DNA of 64,000 nt from Gemmatimonadota bacterium (GTDB taxonomy: Bacteria > Gemmatimonadota > Gemmatimonadetes > Gemmatimonadales > Gemmatimonadaceae), in the NCBI GenBank assembly GCA_021324775.1, contig JAJPIM010000023.1, positions 53,176-117,175 of the forward strand, read 5' to 3'. Both the position numbers and the translations under genes were made by a program. Shown here piece after piece: positions 44,797 through 54,077 of the stretch (its first letter is position 1; every line of letters begins with the position of its first letter). The notes beneath the pieces are model-generated. The model saw only the letters and a program-made list of their open reading frames with translations. It had not been told where the DNA came from and ran no database searches.

Positions 44797-46713
44797 TCAG
44801 GCGTGTTTGGAATGCAACTTCTGAGTCCTGCTAACGTTGTACTGATCTCTAGCAACTCGTGCGACCTCCGGTCCCCACCGGCCCGAGCGTACCTGCAACC
44901 ACAACTCGACATCGACAACCGACTCCACCATCCCACTCACGACTTCCGCATCCTCCGTATCCCGTCTATTTGCGTCTAGTTCGGCCTTTAGGCGCTCAGG
45001 GTCGATGACGCCCAGCGCACCCAGCATCGATTCGTTCAAAAGCGCGCGAATGAACCTGCTCTCCTTCAGTAGGGAGTGTACCGTCAGGCCTCCCGCGTTT
45101 CCTTTTCCTACTCGGGTGCGCACAACCTCCGGCACAATGCCGCGCATCGATTCGCGCAGCACCCATTTCCGCGCGTGAGGTCGAACACACATGGCCGCTG
45201 GCAGATGCAACGCGAATTCGACCAGCGGCCGGTGTAGGTATGGATGGCGGATGTCGAGCGCGTCTCGGTCTACACCGCTGCCGAGAATGGAGGGAATGGC
45301 GCCGACTGCCGATGCCAGCGCGAATTCGTATTTGGAGCCCGCGGGTCCCGAATACAGGAGACCCGAGCCGACTCGCTGGTTGAGGCGGTACTGTCGCACA
45401 AGACCAGCACTCACCCACGGCGGTACAGACGATTCCAGCCCGCGCACCACTAGTTGGCGGAGGCGACTCGGTATCAATGGCAATACGACGTTCTGATAGG
45501 CCAGATCCCAGAACGAGACGCGACCGATCGCTGCCCGGTGTACCATCTCCCGAAGTGCGTCCCTGACTCGTCCGCGGGCGACCCAATCTGCAAAGAAGAA
45601 CATCGTCCCGAGGAAGAGATTGTCGCCGCCGCTGCCCGTCAGCAGAGTTGAGCCGCCCGCAGCTGTCACCGCATCGACGACACCCCCGTCGCGGGCCGCA
45701 ACCGTGTAAGAGCAAACACAGGGCTGATCGAACCGGGGCAGATCATCGAGGATCGCCCACCGGTCCAGTTGATGCGGAATTAGCACATTTCGAATGCCGT
45801 AGTGCGCCACGACCGCATCGGAATACCAGCGTTCATCTGCGGCCGTGCCGATCGGATCCACGAATGAGACCGTGCCCCCAACACCGTCCGGGAGAGCGCC
45901 TTTCGATGCCATCCATTGGGCCGTGCTGACAACTGATGACGAGTCGAGCCCGCCCGACAGATGCGCCCACGTGCGCGGTCCGTCTGTAACACAATTCCTG
46001 ACTGCGTCAGTAAGGAGCTGGCGTACAGCATCGACTTGGTCCGTCTCAGACCGCAGATCGACGCCTTGGGCTTGCGCGTCGCTCACGTTCCAGTAACTCG
46101 CCACCCGCGGCAGCCCGTGCTCGAACCGCAGCACGCTCGCCGCCGGCAATGCCGACACACGCGGATACACGGTGCTCGCGGGATCAGGGGCGCAGTACGA
46201 CACCCACGCCGCCAGATATTCGATGTTGTAGTCGTCCCCTTGTGCCAGCAATTCCGCCCGGGAGGAGAACGTCACTACTCCAGGGCTGGGTGTCGCGTAA
46301 TACAACTGCTTTACCCCGAACGTGTCGCGCGCCGCAATCAGGGTCCGCGTATCCGCCTCCCACACGACAAAGGCGAAATCGCCCAGGAGACGCGCCACTC
46401 CCGCCGTCCCGCGCCGGAGCGCCACCTCGCCGGCAAGCCCGAGATCGCCAATCCCCGGATCGGCATCGCCCAGCAGCTCGAGCATCTCCGCCCGGTTATC
46501 GATGCGGGCCACGCCCACCACCGTCACTGGCCCCGATCGCACGATCGCCGGCGGACACGCACCGTGTTCCGGCCCCACGACCGCGATGAGTCCGTCCGCG
46601 GTCACCCAGTGGAGTGGATGATCCCGGCAGTACGGCGCTCCACGTATTACCGTGCGAAACGACAACGGTGGCGGGCCGCCATCGAGGCGCACCGCTCCCG
46701 CAAACATTCTCAC
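44797..46713 (-). CDS. lasso peptide cyclase (asparagine synthetase B homolog, McjC-like)
   Basis: Track ORF of 638 aa. The N-terminus MRMFAGAV lacks the Cys-2 glutaminase nucleophile. The ATP-pyrophosphatase motif HLSGGLDSS is present. 4-nt overlap with the B2 gene. Confidence 0.85.
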   Translation of the reverse strand: MRMFAGAVRLDGGPPPLSFRTVIRGAPYCRDHPLHWVTADGLIAVVGPEHGACPPAIVRSGPVTVVGVARIDNRAEMLELLGDADPGIGDLGLAGEVALRRGTAGVARLLGDFAFVVWEADTRTLIAARDTFGVKQLYYATPSPGVVTFSSRAELLAQGDDYNIEYLAAWVSYCAPDPASTVYPRVSALPAASVLRFEHGLPRVASYWNVSDAQAQGVDLRSETDQVDAVRQLLTDAVRNCVTDGPRTWAHLSGGLDSSSVVSTAQWMASKGALPDGVGGTVSFVDPIGTAADERWYSDAVVAHYGIRNVLIPHQLDRWAILDDLPRFDQPCVCSYTVAARDGGVVDAVTAAGGSTLLTGSGGDNLFLGTMFFFADWVARGRVRDALREMVHRAAIGRVSFWDLAYQNVVLPLIPSRLRQLVVRGLESSVPPWVSAGLVRQYRLNQRVGSGLLYSGPAGSKYEFALASAVGAIPSILGSGVDRDALDIRHPYLHRPLVEFALHLPAAMCVRPHARKWVLRESMRGIVPEVVRTRVGKGNAGGLTVHSLLKESRFIRALLNESMLGALGVIDPERLKAELDANRRDTEDAEVVSGMVESVVDVELWLQVRSGRWGPEVARVARDQYNVSRTQKLHSKHA

Positions 46714-47141
46714 GGCGCCATCCCCGCCCGACGCACCGCCGCGTCGAACGCCGTGAAGATCCGCACGTGCTCCGGGACGTCGTTGATCGGCTCACCGCGA
46801 TACTCGACCCACGCGTGTGCCATGAACGGGTACCGCTGGATCCCGAGCCGCATCTGCGCGGCGATGCCGCGGCACCGGAGATAGTCATACAACACCAGCG
46901 ACCGCTCGAGGCACTGCGCCCGGCCCGGGAAGAGCGCCGCTCCCATCGCCACCGCATACTCGATCGCGGCCACCACCCGCGGGTCGCCATCACCAACGAC
47001 CTCCACCCGAGCGATCCGGCGCTCGATCCGCTGCCGGGTCCGATCGTAGCCCGCGAGCTTGAGCGCCCAGCGCACGATCGTCACCCGCGCCAGACACTCC
47101 GCGGCGGACGGGACACGCAAGGCGCGGCGGTCAGCTCTCAT
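46710..47141 (-). CDS. lasso peptide biosynthesis B2 protein (transglutaminase-like leader peptidase)
   Basis: Track ORF of 143 aa: ...FPGRAQCLERSLVLYDYLRCRGIAAQMRLGI...FMAHAWVEYRGEPIND, the Cys/His/Asp arrangement of McjB-type proteases. Confidence 0.85.
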   Translation of the reverse strand: MRADRRALRVPSAAECLARVTIVRWALKLAGYDRTRQRIERRIARVEVVGDGDPRVVAAIEYAVAMGAALFPGRAQCLERSLVLYDYLRCRGIAAQMRLGIQRYPFMAHAWVEYRGEPINDVPEHVRIFTAFDAAVRRAGMAP

Positions 47142-47493
47142 GAGCGGCGCCCGATGTCTCCTGGATCAGTAAACCCGCCGCCCGCAGATGCCGAAGCAGA
47201 GTCGTGACGTCCTGCTCGACGGGATCCACGTCACCCACCAGTGGGACGTCGTACTCCGCCCGGATGGTCCCGACGATGGCCTCGAGCGTCGTCCCGTCCG
47301 CGAGCAGCTCCCACACCCGCGCTCCGACGTCATTCAGCGTGTGGTACCGGCCGCGAACTGGATCAAGCAGCACCGTCTCACCGGCGCGCGTGGCCGACAT
47401 CACGTGCAGCGGACGCACCAGCCGGCCACGAAACTCCGCGTCTCGTGCAGCACCAGGCGCGGCCCGGCGGATGAAACGCTCCACAAACCGCAT
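47131..47493 (-). CDS. lasso peptide biosynthesis B1 protein (PqqD-like RiPP recognition element)
   Basis: Track ORF of 120 aa: ...GETVLLDPVRGRYHTLNDVGARVWELLADGTTLEAIVGTIRAEYDV...DVTTLLRHLRAAGLL. GAGAGGA lies 7 nt upstream of the ATG. 11-nt overlap with the B2 gene. Confidence 0.85.
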   Translation of the reverse strand: MRFVERFIRRAAPGAARDAEFRGRLVRPLHVMSATRAGETVLLDPVRGRYHTLNDVGARVWELLADGTTLEAIVGTIRAEYDVPLVGDVDPVEQDVTTLLRHLRAAGLLIQETSGAAHES

Positions 47494-47663
47494 GACGCCA
47501 TCCTCTCGAAGAGTCGCCAGCCGGCAGGCACGCGTTCTGGCTCGCCGATCGGTGCTCGCGAGAGTTAGGGTCTAGATGCGGGCTCGCCTATCGCCGCAGC
47601 ACGCCAGAGTTGCGGCCGCGCGACGATCTTGCTCCGGCGCGACAGCCGCGCTCAACTCGACGC

Positions 47664-48575
47664 TCACTCCAGTGCTGTCATCGGTCGCGATCGGGGCCGC
47701 GCGACCTGGCCGGCGCGTGTTTCCAGCACCGGGTGAACGAGTGCGTTGCACGCGTACTCGAGCGCGGTCTCGAACTCCGCGCCCTCCCGCACGCGCGCCG
47801 GGGTCAGGCCGCCCAGATATTGCTGCATGAGACGGGTGATGGAGCTCGCGTGCGCGAAATGCCGGAGCCGCTGGATCCGCCGGGCCGGCCACCCATGCTC
47901 CGACATCAGCCACACGGCGTCCAGCGCCCGCACGGTCTGCAACACCACCCGCGCCGTCGCCCACCCCGATCGCACGAGCCGCCGCTCCACTGTCCTCGGC
48001 GACACCCGGCTCCATCGCGCGAGTTGATCCACTCCACGCCCACTCGTCGCCTTGAGCACCGCGATCGCGAGGAAAACCCGGAGCGGCGATGGCGCCAGCG
48101 GCAGTAGCCGCCGCAGAATCACCGGCACCGCACTCGATGGCTGCCCGCCCGTCATCACTCGGCGCAGCGCCGGCGGCAGCGGCTCCGCGGGCCGTACCAC
48201 GAACTCGATCCGTAACCCCGGGACCATCAACGCGGGCAACGCGTCGATCGTCAACCGGTCGGCGCGATCGTACACCACGATCGGCACTCTGCCCAAACCG
48301 CTCCCCGCTGCTCTCTGCCGCCATCCCACAATTCCGGCACGCAGGGCGTCGGCATCGGCCACCACGACGTCGATTGGCCCGCCCGCCATCGCTTCACCAA
48401 CCGCGTCCATCGAATCGAGGTATCGCAACACCGTCGCGTGCGCGAGCTGCTCGCCGATCATGCTCCGGTCGCCACCCCCGCGCAGCACCACACCGACTAC
48501 CGGTTTCGGCGGCCGGTCCAACACACTTGGCTCCGTACTCCTCACGGCATTCCCCTCGTCCTGCGATATTGGCAT
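47664..48575 (-). CDS. pseudo-receiver + AraC-like HTH regulator (paralog C), immediately upstream of the lasso operon
   Basis: Track ORF 47664..48593; the first ATG is at 48575. It has the same two-domain layout as 35897..36736. HTH: GVDQLARWSRVSPRTVERRL...RIQRLRHFAHASSITRLMQQYLGGLTP. Confidence 0.7.
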   Translation of the reverse strand: MPISQDEGNAVRSTEPSVLDRPPKPVVGVVLRGGGDRSMIGEQLAHATVLRYLDSMDAVGEAMAGGPIDVVVADADALRAGIVGWRQRAAGSGLGRVPIVVYDRADRLTIDALPALMVPGLRIEFVVRPAEPLPPALRRVMTGGQPSSAVPVILRRLLPLAPSPLRVFLAIAVLKATSGRGVDQLARWSRVSPRTVERRLVRSGWATARVVLQTVRALDAVWLMSEHGWPARRIQRLRHFAHASSITRLMQQYLGGLTPARVREGAEFETALEYACNALVHPVLETRAGQVARPRSRPMTALE

Positions 48576-49100
48576 GACGCGACCTCGGTCCACACGAGCC
48601 GGCTACGGCTTGCTCCGTATTGAATGCATGGACAAGCTCCACCGCGCTGACAAGAGGCGCACGCGTCCGCACTTGCAATTATTTCGTCGCACCGGCGTGT
48701 GTCTGCCAAAAACCGTTTACCGCGTTACGCGAACAGTTGGTGTGTCACCCGCCGGCGATATGTTCTCGCTCCGTCTTTACCGAGATCACACACGCGTCGG
48801 GGAACGCGACATCACGCGGGCTCGGGATGACGGCCGGATGACACCGCCACCAATGGGAATGGCAGCAGATATTGTGGCCGCATGACGCAGGCATGACGGT
48901 GGAACGACGACCGCTTGACGCTGCTGCGCCACGCACGGCCGGTATGATCGGATGCAACAATCCGCCACCTTCCGATGCTGCTGTGCCGTTTTGGCGCGCG
49001 GCTCGTACGCGGACCCCTTTCCCCGGGCGGTGCCTCCGGCTCCCGAATCCTGCCTCTTCTATAGTGGTGACCCCCGTCGCCGCGGATTCGTCCACCTTCC

Positions 49101-51500
49101 GTGGATAGGGATCGCCGCGGTCGGCCCGCACCCTGGGCGTCGCTTATCACGCTGCTCACCGCAGCTTATGTCGCGGCCTACCTCATCTACCTGGTCTGGA
49201 GCGAAAGCCCGGGTTGGGAGACGAGGCCTCTCGTGCACGGCATCGTCACTGACCTGGGGTACCTCCCGGTCAATCTTCTCATCGCCGCCGTCTTCTGGTG
49301 GGCCGCGCGCCGTGCCGCACAATATCCCGGATCGGCGCCCTCCCGCGACGCCATCAGTGACGCCGCGCCGAGCCAGACGCTCGCCCGCGCGCTCCGGCTC
49401 GTCGCCCTGCAATCCGCCCTCACCGCTGTTGGCGACATCGCCTGGTGGTATGTCGACATCGTCCAGGGCCGCGACCCCGTCAACTCCTGGGCAAATGGCA
49501 TCTACCTCGCCAGCTACGTGGTCATGCTGGCCGCCCTCGCCAGCATGCCCCGCGGGCGCCGCGCCAGACTCGAATGGTGGAAGTTCGCCCTCGATGCCGC
49601 CACGGTCCTCCTCGGCGGCGCCATCGTCATCGGGGTTGTCGTCCTCTGGCCACGTGCCTCCGCTCAACCTGCCGGCGGGACGCTCTCGTTCGAACTCGCC
49701 TACCCGCTCGCCGACCTCCTCATACTTCTGGGCATCACGACGGTCGCGCTCCGCCCCACCGGCCATCCGCCCGCCCCTCTCATCGTCCTGCTCGTCAGCC
49801 AGATCGCCTGTATCGCGAGCGATGTCCTCTACACGATCGTGTTTCTGCGCGGGACAGGCCCCGAAATCCCGTCCACTCCGGTCTGGAGCACGGCGCTACT
49901 CGGCGTCAGTTATGTCCTCCTCGCCGCGAGCGGCGAATGGTATCGCCGAGTGCCCGAACCGGAACCTGGTCCTGGCGGGGCGGCCGCGGCCGGCGAGCTG
50001 GCGGCCGATGACGCCATCGAGACGATGCACACCGCCAGCCCGCTTCCCTACATCGCCGCCGGCGCCGCCGCCACTCTCCTCATCTTCCTTGCCTGGCAAA
50101 GCTGGCCCGCGCCGCTCAGCGTCCTCGTCATCGCCGCCGTACCGGTCTTCGCCCTGATCGCTGTACGCGGAGTCCTCTCCAGTCATCAGAACGTGAGGCT
50201 CCTCACCGAGAACGCCGCTCGCACCGCGGAATCCCGCACTCGCTCACAACTCCACGCGCAACTCGTCAACGCCCAACGGATGGAGGCGGTCGGGCAACTC
50301 GCTGGCGGAGTCGCCCACGACTTCAACAACATCCTGACAGCCATCAGCGGCAACGCGGAACTGGCGATGGAGTCGCTCCCGCTCGACTCCTCCGCCCGCG
50401 ATGACCTACATGAGATCCGTGCCGGTGTCACTCGCGCCTCGGCCCTCACCCGCCAACTCCTGGCCTTCAGCCGCCGGCAAACGCTCCACCCACGCGTGGT
50501 CGATCTCAACACGGTGGTCGCAGGCTGCGAACCGATGCTCGCCCGCCTCATCGGCGAACACGTCCACCTCGAAACACATCTCGCTCGCAACGTCTCCTCG
50601 ATTCTCGCCGACCCTGGCCAGATCGAACAGGTACTGGTCAATCTCGTCGTCAACGCCCGTGACGCCATGCCCGGCGGCGGTCGCGTTCAGATCGAAACCG
50701 GAGAAGTAGTCATCACGCAGCCGGATCCGGTGAGGTGGCCCGGTCTCGTGCCCGGCCGTCATGTCCGCCTCTCCGTCCGCGACACGGGATGCGGCATGGA
50801 TCGCGAAACGCGCAAACGTGCCTTCGAACCGTTCTACACGACGAAGCCCCAGGGCAAAGGCACCGGACTCGGGCTCGCCACCGTCTACGGCATCGTCACG
50901 CAATCCGAAGGCTTGATCTTCATCGACAGCGAGCCCGGACTCGGCACGACCGTCGCCGCATACTTCCGCCCGACGGCGGCCAGGTCGCCATCGCCTCCAC
51001 TGCCCGCATCCTCCGCCGGCGCGCGACCGGCCGCCGGCAAAGGCGAGACGATTCTCGTCGTGGAGGACGAGCCGGCCGTCCGCCAACCAATAGCCCGCGC
51101 CCTCCGGCAGCAAGGCTACGTCGTACTGGAAGCAGAAGACGGCATGCATGGTCTCGATGTCAGCGCCCGGCACGCGAACGCGATCGATCTCGTGATCAGC
51201 GATGTCCGCATGCCACGCCTCATCGGCCCAGCGATGGTCGATCGGCTCCGCAGTGAACGCCCAGGGCTCCGCGCCATGTTCGTGTCGGGGCACACGTCGG
51301 CCGATCGCGGCGTTCCACCATCCCTCATCGCCGCGCAGCTCCTCGAGAAGCCGTTCACACTTCCTACGCTCTTTCGAAGAGTGCGGGCCGCGCTCGACAG
51401 TCCGCCTCCCCAAAGCGGGGAATCACCCGCGGGACCGGAGGCTGCCGCCACCGTCGGCGCGGCCGCAGGCGACCCCGATGAGGACTCCGGCGGGCTCTGA
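49101..51500 (+). CDS. hybrid sensor histidine kinase with polytopic membrane sensor domain and C-terminal receiver
   Basis: Track ORF of 799 aa (GTG start). About 10 hydrophobic segments. H-box [42 protein letters not shown]. Receiver: ILVVEDE...DVRMPRL. Confidence 0.85.
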   Translation: MDRDRRGRPAPWASLITLLTAAYVAAYLIYLVWSESPGWETRPLVHGIVTDLGYLPVNLLIAAVFWWAARRAAQYPGSAPSRDAISDAAPSQTLARALRLVALQSALTAVGDIAWWYVDIVQGRDPVNSWANGIYLASYVVMLAALASMPRGRRARLEWWKFALDAATVLLGGAIVIGVVVLWPRASAQPAGGTLSFELAYPLADLLILLGITTVALRPTGHPPAPLIVLLVSQIACIASDVLYTIVFLRGTGPEIPSTPVWSTALLGVSYVLLAASGEWYRRVPEPEPGPGGAAAAGELAADDAIETMHTASPLPYIAAGAAATLLIFLAWQSWPAPLSVLVIAAVPVFALIAVRGVLSSHQNVRLLTENAARTAESRTRSQLHAQLVNAQRMEAVGQLAGGVAHDFNNILTAISGNAELAMESLPLDSSARDDLHEIRAGVTRASALTRQLLAFSRRQTLHPRVVDLNTVVAGCEPMLARLIGEHVHLETHLARNVSSILADPGQIEQVLVNLVVNARDAMPGGGRVQIETGEVVITQPDPVRWPGLVPGRHVRLSVRDTGCGMDRETRKRAFEPFYTTKPQGKGTGLGLATVYGIVTQSEGLIFIDSEPGLGTTVAAYFRPTAARSPSPPLPASSAGARPAAGKGETILVVEDEPAVRQPIARALRQQGYVVLEAEDGMHGLDVSARHANAIDLVISDVRMPRLIGPAMVDRLRSERPGLRAMFVSGHTSADRGVPPSLIAAQLLEKPFTLPTLFRRVRAALDSPPPQSGESPAGPEAAATVGAAAGDPDEDSGGL

Positions 51501-51557
51501 GCCCTTTGGCGACCGCTAACCCCGCATGGTCCGGTCCGTGCGTTAGCTCGCTTTCAT

Positions 51558-52766
51558 ATGGCGAGCATCCTCAATGAGTTAGGACCTTCGTACCCGCCTG
51601 GTCCAGCGATCGGCGACGTCGCCTGGCTTCCGCCGCGACACGCGCGGTCATCACGTTCGCTCTCGCTCGCCCTCGCGGGCGGTGTCCCGCTGTCGGTCGC
51701 GGTGATGCTGATCGCATTCAACGGCTACGCGGGCCCTGCCGCGGCCTCGCTCGGGGCACCAGCCACCGCACCAGTCGCTGCCTCACGGGGCCACACCGCA
51801 TCGCAATCGCAGACCACCGCGCCGTCTCACCAATCCGCCGCCGCATCGAGTGATGCGCCCGGCAACTCCACCGCACCGGCCGCCCGCCAATGGGTCGACA
51901 TCCACAATGTCGATCTCGGTGTCACGGACCGGGTCGCGATCCGCGTGCGAACGCTGCACGGCGAAGTGCTGCGCACGTCGCCCGCAAGACCGGCTGCGCT
52001 CGATGACCCGCACTCGTTCAAGATCCGCGTCACGAGCGCCACAGTCGGCCTCACCGGCACGGACCTCGGCGCCATCCTGAACACCGTGGTCTTCGCCTAC
52101 CCGAACGCTCCACTCCGGGACCTGCAGGTGCGAACGGACGGCGACCAGATCATCGAGACGGGCATCCTCCGCAAAGGCGTCGATCTCCGGTTCCGGTTGC
52201 ACGGGACCCTCTCGCTCATGCCTGACGGCCGCATACGCATCCGCCCCACGGCGATGCGCATCCTGGGCATCAACGGCGAAAAGATGCTCAGCGTGGCCGG
52301 CCTGCATCTCGACAACATCCTCGACATGAAAGGCGCCAAAGGCGCCACGGTCAAAGGCGACGATCTCTTTCTCGACCCCGCGCTGATCCTGCCACCACCC
52401 GAGATCGACGGCCGTCTCGCATCGATCCGCATCGAAGGCGCCGAAGTGGTGCAGGATTTCGTCCGCTCGCCCGATGATTCGGTATTCGGCCGATACGTGA
52501 AGTCCGACACCACGGGTCACAATTTTATCTACTTCCGTGGGGGCGAACTCCGCTTCGGCAAGCTCCTGATGAGTGACACGGATCTCCGCATCCTGGGCCC
52601 CCACTCGACATCGCCGTTCGACGTGAACCTTCCGCACTACAGCAAGCAGCTCGTGGCCGGCCGGTCCCAGACCCTCGCGAACCAGGGCCTCGTGGTCTAT
52701 ATGCCGGACTACGCAACCCTCGGGAGATCAGACCTCGGGCGGACTACGGACGCGTCGATCAAATGA
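51558..52766 (+). CDS. membrane-anchored hypothetical protein
   Basis: Track ORF of 402 aa with an N-terminal TM segment (LALAGGVPLSVAVMLIAF), an Ala/Ser/Thr-rich linker, then a globular region. I recognise no family with confidence. Confidence 0.6.
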   Translation: MASILNELGPSYPPGPAIGDVAWLPPRHARSSRSLSLALAGGVPLSVAVMLIAFNGYAGPAAASLGAPATAPVAASRGHTASQSQTTAPSHQSAAASSDAPGNSTAPAARQWVDIHNVDLGVTDRVAIRVRTLHGEVLRTSPARPAALDDPHSFKIRVTSATVGLTGTDLGAILNTVVFAYPNAPLRDLQVRTDGDQIIETGILRKGVDLRFRLHGTLSLMPDGRIRIRPTAMRILGINGEKMLSVAGLHLDNILDMKGAKGATVKGDDLFLDPALILPPPEIDGRLASIRIEGAEVVQDFVRSPDDSVFGRYVKSDTTGHNFIYFRGGELRFGKLLMSDTDLRILGPHSTSPFDVNLPHYSKQLVAGRSQTLANQGLVVYMPDYATLGRSDLGRTTDASIK

Positions 52767-52807
52767 GAGAAAGGGGAGAGGAGAGAGCAGAGAGGAGACA
52801 GGAGAAC
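52765..52807 (+). repeat. polypurine (GA) intergenic element, copy 2 (degenerate)
   Basis: gagagaaaggggagaggagagagcagagaggagacaggagaac, between convergent stops at 52766 and 52816. Confidence 0.7.
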
Positions 52808-52815
52808 AATCGCTC

Positions 52816-53493
52816 TCAGCAGCCGCGGCTCCCAGCCGCCGGCGCATTCACAGTTACCATGGCCCTCACGGATGACGATGGCGGGTCTGTCGCCACGGAC
52901 TGCACCTGAATCTGCGACGGCTCGACACACGACACGCCGGGTAGCCGTGGCGGTGGCAGCTTCGGATTCTTCGCCGACATCGCAAGATACTGTGCGAGAT
53001 CCAGCGTCCCCTTGTCGTTCAGCAACTGTTCGAGCTGGCCGTGTACCGTCTGCACGAATCCCTGAAAGACGATATCGCTCGTGGGCCCTGCCTGCACGAC
53101 CGATTGCGTCACGTGAATCAACCCGTCGCGGGCGACCGGCACCGCCGACACGACCAGATCCCCCGCGATCGATGGCGCAAACATCGCGTTGATGGCGTAG
53201 GTCCCCGACACGTGCACCGTAAACACCAGCCGCGGGCCATCGATCTTCACGCCCGGCGCGCTGAGCGCGAGATCATGTCCCCACGACGAGCACGCGGGAT
53301 TCCCGCGGCACGGATACAGCCGCCCGCTGTCCGTGAACAACTCGGTCCTGAGCACCGATACCATCTGTGCGGTCGGCATCGCCAGCGTATAGCTACGAGG
53401 GTCGGGCGCCGTCGCGGCCACCACCGCCCCCCGATGACCGCCGCCAACTGGCATCCACACCATCAACCAGCTGGACAGGAACGCGTATATCAT
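52816..53493 (-). CDS. hypothetical secreted protein
   Basis: Track ORF 52816..53772, trimmed to MIYAFLSSWLMVWMPVGG (ATG 53493). The upstream part would overlap the divergent DksA-like gene region. No family recognised. Confidence 0.5.
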   Translation of the reverse strand: MIYAFLSSWLMVWMPVGGGHRGAVVAATAPDPRSYTLAMPTAQMVSVLRTELFTDSGRLYPCRGNPACSSWGHDLALSAPGVKIDGPRLVFTVHVSGTYAINAMFAPSIAGDLVVSAVPVARDGLIHVTQSVVQAGPTSDIVFQGFVQTVHGQLEQLLNDKGTLDLAQYLAMSAKNPKLPPPRLPGVSCVEPSQIQVQSVATDPPSSSVRAMVTVNAPAAGSRGC

Positions 53494-53695
53494 TGGCACG
53501 GCTGTAGATCTCCTTCGAGTCGGTATCAGGATGATACTCGCTCCCCCAATACCACCGCGACCGAGTCCCCGTTCCAACCAGCTCCTGGCGCGGACCGTGC
53601 TTGTGAGGGACTTCCCGAGAGCTGCCCGCCGGCGCCACCGCGGTGCAGTATTCATGGCGAGGCAAGTATCGCAGTTAACCGCCGGAGGACGCACG

Positions 53696-54028
53696 ATGCT
53701 GACCGATGCCCAACTGAACCATATCCGTGAACGACTTCTGGAGGAACGCGCGCGGGCTCTCGGTGAGGTCAACCGATCGCAGGCCGACGCCGCCGAAGGG
53801 GAGTTCGAGAGCGCGGGCGATATCTCCGGTGCGGACGGCGGCTCCGAAAAGGATCATCAGGACCTCTCCGCTACTCTGGCGGAACGGGAGATCGACGAAG
53901 TCGCGGAGATCGACGCGGCACTCGAGCGTCTCTACAAACATCCGCGAGATTTCGGACGATGCGAGCGAACGGGGAAGGATATCCCTCTCGCACGCCTCGA
54001 ACTGGTCCCATGGGCTCGCACGTGCTAG
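53696..54028 (+). CDS. DksA/TraR family protein (2-Cys variant)
   Basis: In-frame ATG 53696 (GGAGGA 8 nt upstream) in track ORF 53531..54028: MLTDAQLNHIRERLLEER...EIDEVAEIDAALERL...FGRCERTGKDIPLARLELVPWARTC. Confidence 0.7.
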   Translation: MLTDAQLNHIRERLLEERARALGEVNRSQADAAEGEFESAGDISGADGGSEKDHQDLSATLAEREIDEVAEIDAALERLYKHPRDFGRCERTGKDIPLARLELVPWARTC

Positions 54029-54043
54029 ACCGGCGGGGACTGA

Positions 54044-54075
54044 CAGACGAGAGAGGAGAGAGGAGAAAGGGGAAC
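54044..54075 (+). repeat. polypurine (GA) intergenic element, copy 3
   Basis: cagacgagagaggagagaggagaaaggggaac, between convergent stops at 54028 and 54078. It shares the 16-mer with copy 1. Confidence 0.8.
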
Positions 54076-54077
54076 GA

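Noticed and set aside
44633-44824. 63-aa plus-strand ORF, and 128-aa minus-strand ORF 44550..44936
   Set aside because: One is antisense to the lasso precursor and the other is out of frame with it. Neither has a ribosome-binding site. The 47-aa frame has a strong Shine-Dalgarno sequence and the leader motif.
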